From: Longimicrobiales bacterium
GTDB taxonomy: Bacteria > Gemmatimonadota > Gemmatimonadetes > Longimicrobiales > Gaopeijiaceae
DNA: 64,000 nt
Assembly: GCA_963664435.2 (NCBI GenBank)
Contig: CAXXKM010000001.1
Span: 704,001-768,000, forward strand
Direction: 5' to 3'
The position numbers were made by a program, and so were the translations under genes. Of the stretch, positions 56,509 through 64,000 are shown in pieces. How positions within the stretch are numbered: position 1 is the stretch's first letter; each line of letters starts with the position of its first letter. The notes beneath the pieces are model-generated. The model ran no database searches and was not told the origin of the DNA. It worked only from the letters and a program-made list of their open reading frames with translations.

Positions 56509-57705
56509 CTACGGAGAGAGCTCGTACACCACGACATTCTCCACGTCCACTTCATCCCTGAGCACCCCCAGCACGAGCCCTCCGGTCACATCGAGGATTC
56601 GGAACCTGGGCGGGGTCTCAACCTGTCCCAGCCACGCCCCGTCCGGGGAAATGACGGTGTACGGCGACCCCTCTTCCGGGTAGGCCGGCCGGTAGGAGGG
56701 CAGCCACACGTTTCCGTCGGCGTCGGCGAAGGGGGAACCGAAGAGCGGCGTCGGCTGGCCGATCATGGCACGATACCGGGCCATGTCTGCCTGAACGATC
56801 TCCTCGAGGCGGGCTTCGGATACTCCGTAGTTCAGCCAGCCGATCATTCGGTTATAGGCTTCGACGGGCTCCAGGAGTTCATCGGTCAGCAGGGGGGGCT
56901 CGGGCTGCCAGCGCACGATCTGCTCTACCGTGCCGTCCGGCAGACGCCAGGTGATCTCGGGCCTGTCGGACCTCGTCTGGACGAACCGCCCCGCCGCGAC
57001 CGTGACGCTGCCGACGGGCCGGATGATCGGGTTCATCAGCCCCGACCGTTCTCGCGGCCAGTGGTCGTACGACGCGACCGTGTCGAGGGCGCCGGTTTCG
57101 ATGTCGAACAGGGTCATGTGCCCGGCGAGCCACTCCTCCTCTATGTCGAACCAGGAACCGTAGGGTGTCCGGTTCATCATCATCAGCGTACCGGATAAAC
57201 CGATTCCCGCCACACCCAGGCTGCTCGACCGGGGGAGGCTCGCGATGCGCGCGACCGAATCGCCGACGAAGAGCGTGAGGCGAGATTGACGACGGTCAGG
57301 CACAAGGACGCTGTCCTGGCCCAGGACGAACATGGAGTAGGGGTAGATGACTTCGCCCGGACCCTCTCCACGCCTGGCGAGCACCTCGTGTGTCGTGCCG
57401 TCCGGACTCAAGACGACCAGTTCGTTGTTCTCCCGATCGGCAACGACCGCGCTTCCATCCGGGAAGAACCGGCCAACGTTGATTCCCTGGAACTCGTAAT
57501 CGCCCGGGTTGGCTCCGTGGCGGAATACGGGCTCGTCCGAGAGGGCCAAGGGCGGCTCGACCTCGGGCACACCCGCATACTCGACGATCCGCACGCCGGC
57601 GCTGTCCTCGATCTGGACCTGGATGTCGGGTGCGCGACCGCCGTCTCCCCCGCAGGCGACGAGGGCTGCCGACAGCATCAGAGCGGAGTGGAGTCTGCTT
57701 CGCAT
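56509..57705 (-). CDS. 6-bladed beta-propeller lipoprotein
   Basis: Lipobox LVAC; RRGEGPGEV. Confidence 0.8.
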   Translation of the reverse strand: MRSRLHSALMLSAALVACGGDGGRAPDIQVQIEDSAGVRIVEYAGVPEVEPPLALSDEPVFRHGANPGDYEFQGINVGRFFPDGSAVVADRENNELVVLSPDGTTHEVLARRGEGPGEVIYPYSMFVLGQDSVLVPDRRQSRLTLFVGDSVARIASLPRSSSLGVAGIGLSGTLMMMNRTPYGSWFDIEEEWLAGHMTLFDIETGALDTVASYDHWPRERSGLMNPIIRPVGSVTVAAGRFVQTRSDRPEITWRLPDGTVEQIVRWQPEPPLLTDELLEPVEAYNRMIGWLNYGVSEARLEEIVQADMARYRAMIGQPTPLFGSPFADADGNVWLPSYRPAYPEEGSPYTVISPDGAWLGQVETPPRFRILDVTGGLVLGVLRDEVDVENVVVYELSP

Positions 57706-57773
57706 GTCAGCGAACCTCGGCCGGCAGCTTCCGCATCACCACGCTCGGCACGTCGAACTCGTCCAGTTCGACG

Positions 57774-58232
57774 TCATCCTTCCAGAAGGGAGCCTGGCTC
57801 CTTGCCGGGGCGCAACGTGCGCCCTGCCTTGCGGGCGACCAGCAGACTGGCCACGCCTCCTCCCGCACCAAGGAGTGGCAGAACGCTGAACGGGACGATG
57901 GCGGCTCCGTTGGGCCAGTCTCCCCAACTGCCTCCCACAACGAGCCCTGCCAGCAGGAGGCCGCCCAGCACGCCCACCGATGCGACTCGTGAGTACGAAA
58001 GCTCGTCCATCGACCGGCCGCGGGCCGCGATCGCCAGAATGGCCGAGAAGCTCGTACCGATCGCGGCGCCCCAAACGCTACCCGCGATGATCATGAACCC
58101 CAGCTCATCCTCGCCGCCGGGGAAGAACACCGTACTCACCAGGGCGACCAGAGAGAAGAGCGCGGCGCCGATAGCGCCGAAGGTCAGCCCCATGCCGAGG
58201 ACACCACGGATTACCCTCTTCCAACGCGACAC
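57774..58232 (-). CDS. Four-TM hypothetical protein
   Basis: Four hydrophobic helices; GGAGG upstream. Confidence 0.65.
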   Translation of the reverse strand: MSRWKRVIRGVLGMGLTFGAIGAALFSLVALVSTVFFPGGEDELGFMIIAGSVWGAAIGTSFSAILAIAARGRSMDELSYSRVASVGVLGGLLLAGLVVGGSWGDWPNGAAIVPFSVLPLLGAGGGVASLLVARKAGRTLRPGKEPGSLLEG

Positions 58233-58399
58233 AGCGAGCCTCCCGCTTGCGGTGATTTGGTGCCATGGAGGATACCCGAGGTACGATCAGGCGTGCAAAC
58301 GGTTTCCGTCACTTCCTTGTGCCACACGATCGTGGAAGCCCGCACCGACGCAGTTCCGGGCCAGGGACGCCGCGAACTACTCCCTCGCCAACCCTCGCA

Positions 58400-60031
58400 C
58401 TACTCCCTCACCAACCGCGCATTGTGCACGAAATAGAACTGTCCCTCCGACATCAGCTCGAAATCGCGCACCTCGTCCGAGACCGCATAGAAGATCGGCT
58501 CGCTGAGCGTCGGCAGCATCAGCGCGTGCTCCATGATGATGCGCTGGGCTTCCTGGGCGAGTTCGCACCGGGCTTCCCGGTCCGGGATGGTTCTGAGCTG
58601 GCCCACGAGTCCGTCCAGTTCCTCGTCCACGAAGCCGGTCCACGCCCATCCCCCGACCACGTCGTGGGCCGAGTTCCAGAGCATGTCCATCAGCAGGGGA
58701 TCGGGGCTGCGCTGGCGCTCGTACATCAGGTCGAAGTCGCGGTTGTTGACCATCTCCAGCTGCACCGGGCCGGGCACGATCTCGATGGCCACGTCGATGC
58801 CGATCGCGCGCCACTGGGCCTGGATCGCCTCCCCCATCTCCTCGCGGTCGAGGATGGTCCAGCGCACGCGCAGCGGCGTACCGTCCTCCACGCCGGCAAT
58901 GCCGTATGCCTCGCGGATTCCGTCGCCGTCCCGATCCGCGTACCCGGCCTCCTCGAGCAGCCGCCGCGCGGTGTCGGGGTCGTGCGGGTAGAGGTCCGCG
59001 TTCCCCTCCCAGTAGCACGGATGGACCGTGTTCAGGGGGCCGTCGGATGGCAGATAGTGGCCGTCGTACAGCAGGTCGTTGATCGCGGGCTGATCGGTTG
59101 CGTACAGCACGGCCTGCCGGACGCGGAGGTCGCTGAAGGGCGGACGGCGCACATTCATGACCATCTGGAGCCCGGTTCCGGCCTGGTACCCGGTCAGCAG
59201 CGAGAAGCCCTCCGCATCGCGGTAATCATCGATGTAGGCGGTGGGCAGATTCATGGCGATATGGGCGTTGCCGGTGCGGACGATGTTGCCCAGCACCGCC
59301 TCCTCGCCGATGAAACGGATGGTGATGCGCTCGACCTTGGCCGGGCCCGCGTCGTTGCTGATCGAGTTCCAGCCGCCGTAGCCGTCCCAGCGCCGCACGG
59401 TCACGTGGTCGTTGGGCACCCACTCCTCCAGCAGGAACGGCCCCGCGCCCACCAGATGGCGGTCGAACTCCTCGATGCCCCACTGCTCCGCAGCCGCGGG
59501 AGACCAGATCGGGATCCTGCGGAAGGCGTCGAGGACCGTCACCCAGGGCGCCTCGTAGTGGAGCGTGACGGTGGTGTCGTCGACGACCTCCACGCGCTCG
59601 ACCGGCCCGACGTGGGCCGCCATCTCCCCGGAGCGCGTCGCCGGGTCGAGGATGCGCTCGACGTTGTACCTGACGGCCTCCGCGTTGAACGGGGTGCCGT
59701 CCTGGAACATGACGCCGCTCTTCAGCGTGAACGTCCACTCGTCCGCGACGTCGTTGGACGACCAGCTCGCGGCCAGCGCCGGATGGAACGCCCCGTCCGG
59801 CCCGAGAATCAGCAGCGGATCGGCGATCTTGTAGTCGATGAGCCACGCGGTCTGGTACGGCTCGATGTGGCCGTCGAGCGAGGCGGGCTCGCGGGAGGCG
59901 GTCCAGGCGATGATGAGTTCGTCGGGAGAGTCGGAGGGTCCGGAGTCCGTGCCACCGCAGGCGAGGGCAAATAGCGCGACGGCGGCGGTAGTGACCGTTC
60001 GCGATCGCCCTCTCGGGAACACTTCAATCAC
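58400..60031 (-). CDS. ABC transporter substrate-binding lipoprotein, family 5
   Basis: Lipobox ALAC; FQDGTPFNAEAV, GAGPF, DLRVRQAV. Confidence 0.92.
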   Translation of the reverse strand: MIEVFPRGRSRTVTTAAVALFALACGGTDSGPSDSPDELIIAWTASREPASLDGHIEPYQTAWLIDYKIADPLLILGPDGAFHPALAASWSSNDVADEWTFTLKSGVMFQDGTPFNAEAVRYNVERILDPATRSGEMAAHVGPVERVEVVDDTTVTLHYEAPWVTVLDAFRRIPIWSPAAAEQWGIEEFDRHLVGAGPFLLEEWVPNDHVTVRRWDGYGGWNSISNDAGPAKVERITIRFIGEEAVLGNIVRTGNAHIAMNLPTAYIDDYRDAEGFSLLTGYQAGTGLQMVMNVRRPPFSDLRVRQAVLYATDQPAINDLLYDGHYLPSDGPLNTVHPCYWEGNADLYPHDPDTARRLLEEAGYADRDGDGIREAYGIAGVEDGTPLRVRWTILDREEMGEAIQAQWRAIGIDVAIEIVPGPVQLEMVNNRDFDLMYERQRSPDPLLMDMLWNSAHDVVGGWAWTGFVDEELDGLVGQLRTIPDREARCELAQEAQRIIMEHALMLPTLSEPIFYAVSDEVRDFELMSEGQFYFVHNARLVRE

Positions 60032-60034
60032 GGT

Positions 60035-61741
60035 CTATGCGAAATCCGAGCGCCACAGGTGGACTGCTCGCTTTGCAAGTTGGCGTTGGCGTTCATCCAG
60101 AAATGACAGCGTCCACTCTTCGGGAGCGATCTCCGAAATCGCCCTGGTCATCTCGTACTGACTCTCGTCGTATGCGGCCAACTTGCGCTCGTAGCTTCCG
60201 TTGCCGACAGCCCGGTTGAGCTTGGCTTCGAGCAAAGTGAGGTTGCCGATCCGGTTGGCAGCACCTTGCTGAGTCGCTCTCGGAAACCCTTCCTCCCACT
60301 CGGAGTCCGGGTTTTCGGGGAGTATGTGCTCGATCGTCCCGGGATCGCGCTCCGAATCGCACGGCCTGCCGGAGGCGTCCTGCTCCAGTCGTGCCAGGAT
60401 GTGCTTGACCAGTCGCTTGCGAGGGCCCCGGGCCGGAATGGCCAGGTATGCAAAGGCGCTGGCCATTTGTCTGTCGTTTACGAAAATCGGTCGGAGTTCC
60501 TCGAAGAGCTCTCGCGGCCCTCTGGCCGTTCCGTCCACGACTGCCTTGCTCGCCCGATGGTATACGGGCTCCAATTCGTTGGTATTCAACCTGCTCACTA
60601 CCGTGTACCGGAATGCCACCACCGAAACAAGCTTCAACGTCCGTACAAAGTCAGGCCGCGACCATTTCTCCCAGACCACAAACAATAGCGGCATCATCTG
60701 GGTAACACGAAAGAGCTTGAGTTCCACAACGTAGGGCCGCGCATCCGGTGTCTCCACCCAGTATTCGTGGGATGGATCGAGTACAGCCGCGAACAACTCC
60801 GCGCGCCTTTCCAGAACTCTCAACAAGCTGAACACGTCACGGGCAGATTGGTACCGGTCGCGGACGATCTTGAACAGGCGACGACGGCGCACCTGAGGTT
60901 GCTCGCAAAGCAAGTGGTACCGAAGGAGATCGGGCACGCGCTTCTGATCGACGGTATCCGCTATGCGTTGCCATCCTCGCAGCATCGAGGGACGGTCCGC
61001 GTCCGATGCTTTCGCGAAAATGTAGTTCTTGAGGAGATCGGTCGTGGTCAACTCAAGCCCGCGCGCGTTGAGAGTCTCAAAGACGGTATAGGCGTTCAGA
61101 GCATCATCAACAGTGATCAGGATGAAGACCAAGTGCCGGGCGACCGTCTCGGACATCAAGCTGGCGAGCGCTCTCCCGTCGTTCTTGACGGCATCCAAAC
61201 TTCGAATCTGCTTGCCGAAGTACTGGAAGCAGCCCCAGAGCAGCTTGTTGGAAGGCCTCAAGCCGCGAGGGTTGCCAGGCTCTTCAAGCTGAACCAGGTA
61301 GTCCTGATAGAAGCCGTTGTCCGTCTCGTTCAGGTTGAGCCGGCTTGACTCAACGAGTGATGCCGGATCCTTCTCTCCAATGAAACGGTTGCGGAGCTCC
61401 CGGGCACGAGCCTGGTTCCCTTCTGCGTCTACCCCGGACGCAGCCAAATCGAGAAGGGCGTCGATCACCGCCAAGGCAAGTACGCTCAGGGTGGCGAGGC
61501 GCTGTTGCCCGTCTATGACGACGAATCTACGGTCCGACTGCGCCTCGACGACCAACGCGCCCATGTAGTGCCGGCTATCTTCCGGGGAAAGCATGTCGGC
61601 AATATCGTTCCACAGGTCTTCCCACTGCTCCTGGCGCCAGGAATAGTCGCGCTGGTAAGGAGGAACGAAGTACGCCCTTCCGTTACCGATCAACTCCTGG
61701 TAGTTGACGGTCCGTGTGTCCAACAGCGTGGTTCTGGCCAT
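60035..61741 (-). CDS. DUF262 + DUF1524 (HNH) GmrSD-type modification-dependent endonuclease
   Basis: PPYQRDYSW, IDGQQR, FETLNARG; EHILPEN...RIGNLTLL...N. Confidence 0.9.
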   Translation of the reverse strand: MARTTLLDTRTVNYQELIGNGRAYFVPPYQRDYSWRQEQWEDLWNDIADMLSPEDSRHYMGALVVEAQSDRRFVVIDGQQRLATLSVLALAVIDALLDLAASGVDAEGNQARARELRNRFIGEKDPASLVESSRLNLNETDNGFYQDYLVQLEEPGNPRGLRPSNKLLWGCFQYFGKQIRSLDAVKNDGRALASLMSETVARHLVFILITVDDALNAYTVFETLNARGLELTTTDLLKNYIFAKASDADRPSMLRGWQRIADTVDQKRVPDLLRYHLLCEQPQVRRRRLFKIVRDRYQSARDVFSLLRVLERRAELFAAVLDPSHEYWVETPDARPYVVELKLFRVTQMMPLLFVVWEKWSRPDFVRTLKLVSVVAFRYTVVSRLNTNELEPVYHRASKAVVDGTARGPRELFEELRPIFVNDRQMASAFAYLAIPARGPRKRLVKHILARLEQDASGRPCDSERDPGTIEHILPENPDSEWEEGFPRATQQGAANRIGNLTLLEAKLNRAVGNGSYERKLAAYDESQYEMTRAISEIAPEEWTLSFLDERQRQLAKRAVHLWRSDFA

Positions 61742-61802
61742 CCAGGCTCCCCGATCGACGATCCCCTGCGTGCTCGGCTACTTGGCGAGAAAAGCTAACC
61801 CC

Positions 61803-63206
61803 TCAATACGGCAGGAAGTACAGCGCCACGGCGATGAAGGGAACCAGAAGGATCATCATCGTGATGGCGTAGCCGAACATGTCGCGGGCGCGCAGGCCCG
61901 TAATGGCGAGCAGCGGGAGTGCCCAGAACGGGTTGAACAGGTTCGTGTGCGCGTCGCCCACGGCATAGGCGGCGATGGTCTGGCCGTGCGGCACGCCGAG
62001 TTCCGCCCCTGCTTGCATCATGGGGCCCCCGACGATGGCCCATTCGCTCCCTGCCGAGGGCACGAAGACGTTCATGATGCCGCCCGTGATCCAGGTGACG
62101 ACCGGGAAGTTGTCCGGGGTGGACATGGAGAGCAGGCTCTCCGTCATCGTTTCCACGAGGCCGGTGCCGGTCATGATCCCGACGATCCCCGCATAGAACG
62201 GGAATTGCAGGATGATGCCGGCGCTTCCCTTCACCGCGTCGGTGAACTCGTCCTGGTATTGGGAAGGGCTGATGTAGAGGAGCATCCCGATCATCAGGAA
62301 GCCGAAGTTGAAGACGTTGAGGTCGAGGGCTCCCATTGGGTCCGTTATGAATTCCCGGCCCAGCATCACGACGCCCGTCAGGGCAATGATTCCGCCCAGA
62401 ATGCGGCTGTGGTTGATGCGGTCGGCGGGGCTTGCCTTGGCGACTGCCGGCGCGGGGGGATGGGTGTCTTCGGCGTCGGCTTCCTCGGGAAGGTAGCGCG
62501 CGATGCCTCGGCAGTTCTGGTCCGGCGGGGCGAGGAGATAGAGCATCAGGCACCCATAGGCCAGCGCGAGCCCCGTGAGCAGCAGCGGATAGGGATGGAA
62601 GACCCACTCGCTGGCCGGGATCACCCGGTCGACGATGCCCATCTGCATGAAGACGTTGTTGTCCGTCGCCTGCAGGAGGCCCGCGGAGCTGGACATGCCC
62701 CATCCCCAGGTCAGGCTCATGCCCATGTATCCCGCCACGGCGAGCAGCGGATAGTGGACGGCTGTTCCGCGACGATGGGCGACCTTTCCCATTTCGCGCG
62801 CGAGGATGGCGCCGAAGATGAGCCCGAGACCCCACGAGATCCATCCCGTGAGCATCGAACCAACGCCCACCAGCACCACCGCCTGGCGCCCGTTCCGGGG
62901 GAGCCGCACCAGCCAGAGAATGCCCCGCTTCACGACCGGGTGGTACGCAACCACGAACCCGGTCACCAGGATGATGACCATCTGCATGGCGAAGGTGAGC
63001 AGCACCCAGAAGCCGTCGTACCAGGCGAAGGCGATCTCGGCGGGGCTCGATCCCTCGGACAGCCAGGCCGTCACTGCGGCGACATAGGTGAGGATGATGG
63101 CGAACAGGAACGGGTTCGGCATCCATCGTTCGACGAAGTCGGCGACGACCTCACCGAACTTCTGTACGGGCGTAAGCCTGGGCTCTCCGGCGCTGGGCTG
63201 GGTCAA
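61803..63206 (-). CDS. atoE: Short-chain fatty acid transporter (AtoE family)
   Basis: ERWMPNPFLFA, FAMQM, IILQFPFYAGI, GDAHTNLFNPFWALPLLAI. Confidence 0.9.
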   Translation of the reverse strand: MTQPSAGEPRLTPVQKFGEVVADFVERWMPNPFLFAIILTYVAAVTAWLSEGSSPAEIAFAWYDGFWVLLTFAMQMVIILVTGFVVAYHPVVKRGILWLVRLPRNGRQAVVLVGVGSMLTGWISWGLGLIFGAILAREMGKVAHRRGTAVHYPLLAVAGYMGMSLTWGWGMSSSAGLLQATDNNVFMQMGIVDRVIPASEWVFHPYPLLLTGLALAYGCLMLYLLAPPDQNCRGIARYLPEEADAEDTHPPAPAVAKASPADRINHSRILGGIIALTGVVMLGREFITDPMGALDLNVFNFGFLMIGMLLYISPSQYQDEFTDAVKGSAGIILQFPFYAGIVGIMTGTGLVETMTESLLSMSTPDNFPVVTWITGGIMNVFVPSAGSEWAIVGGPMMQAGAELGVPHGQTIAAYAVGDAHTNLFNPFWALPLLAITGLRARDMFGYAITMMILLVPFIAVALYFLPY

Positions 63207-63559
63207 GGCGCTTCCTCCCTCTGACGTCTTCGGAGTTCAACTCGCCCGCGGGTCCCGGCTGCGGGACGGCAACCCGGCAACATACGGAGCGGGCTGCTCC
63301 GGGAACAGTAAAGCGTGCGGGGCCTTGCCCTTGGCAGGAACAGAGACCGGCACGCGCCGAGGTAGACGTCCCGGCCGCCCATGCGGGGGCCGGGGCACTT
63401 GCCCGGAAACCCTTGCAGGACCACGATGGGAGGATTCCCCGCTTGCCATCTGAGCGCCCCGGAGTCTCGCCGATCCGGCCTCCTGGCCCCGCGGAGCATC
63501 CCGTCGCCCCAGAGTTCCGGCACCGCAGAGCATCCCATCGCCCCAGCCGAGGTGGTTCC

Positions 63560-64000
63560 ATGATCGTTCGCAAGAAGCTTCCGGATTTTCCTTCCCTGCC
63601 TGCTCGCGAAAGCGGGCGAGGCCGTCCTCCGGCGTTGGTGCTCGTGTTCGCGGTCCTGGTTGGCCTGACCGCGGCCTGCGCGGCGCCCGACGCCCCCGAC
63701 TCTGCAGGTGCTCCCGATTCCGCCGGGGGGATGGCGGCCGGGGTCCCGCAGTTCGAACCCGTGGAGGGGTGGTTCCAGCTGCCCGAGGGCTTCGAGTGGG
63801 GGCAGGTGATCGGTCTCTTCGCCGACGCCCGGGGACACATCTGGACCTCGAGCGGCAGCCAGATAGGGGAATGGGACACCGAGGGGAACCTGGTGCAGTC
63901 GTGGAGCGCGGCAGGGCCGGACGGCAACTGGAGCACCATCCATGGCCTCTTCGTGGACCACAACGACTTCGTGTGGACCAACGCGAGAGAGAGCCAGATG
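63560..64000 (+). CDS. NHL-repeat lipoprotein (peptidyl-hydroxyglycine lyase-like), cut by the window end
   Basis: Lipobox TAAC; FEPVEGWFQLPEGFEWGQV...HGLFVDHNDFVW; absent from the ORF track because it has no stop. Confidence 0.75.
   Translation, partial: MIVRKKLPDFPSLPARESGRGRPPALVLVFAVLVGLTAACAAPDAPDSAGAPDSAGGMAAGVPQFEPVEGWFQLPEGFEWGQVIGLFADARGHIWTSSGSQIGEWDTEGNLVQSWSAAGPDGNWSTIHGLFVDHNDFVWTNARESQM

Noticed and set aside
57286..59974. Long plus-strand ORFs 57286-58506 and 58265-59974
   Set aside because: Antisense shadows of well-supported minus-strand genes
1..64000. CRISPR array, tRNA or rRNA genes
   Set aside because: No regularly spaced repeats or recognisable structural RNA genes seen by eye; a covariance-model search was not possible

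Overview
GC-rich bacterial window dominated by mobile and defence DNA; the propeller, ECF and SwmB-type gene content is suggestive of a Gemmatimonadota-like host, which is inference only. (1) 1-10.6 kb: IS481 fragment, DUF262+HEPN pair behind a decayed methyltransferase, a second HEPN-like gene, and an intact Cre-like recombinase bracketed by two inverted lox-like 38-bp sites. These lie directly upstream of a large surface-protein gene and form a candidate self-inverting phase-variation switch. (2) About 11.2-32.2 kb: an ICE with VirB2/3/4/9/10/5/6/8/D4/B11, ArdC, a probable PD-(D/E)xK relaxase and an integrase. Its virB9 is split by a 3.2-kb integrase+Mrr element with an oriT-like site, and precise excision would restore the reading frame. 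(3) About 33-50 kb: a defence island with two different ubiquitin-like conjugation operons (Ubl/E2/JAB-E1 with CapH/CapP-type regulators; MBL + E2-E1-JAB), two patatins, a second MBL and many IS remnants. (4) 50.8-64 kb: mostly host-type genes (beta-propellers, ECF sigma/anti-sigma, ABC substrate-binding protein, AtoE) plus a GmrSD-type gene. No rRNA, tRNA or CRISPR array was seen. All product calls come from motif recognition by eye, not database searches.
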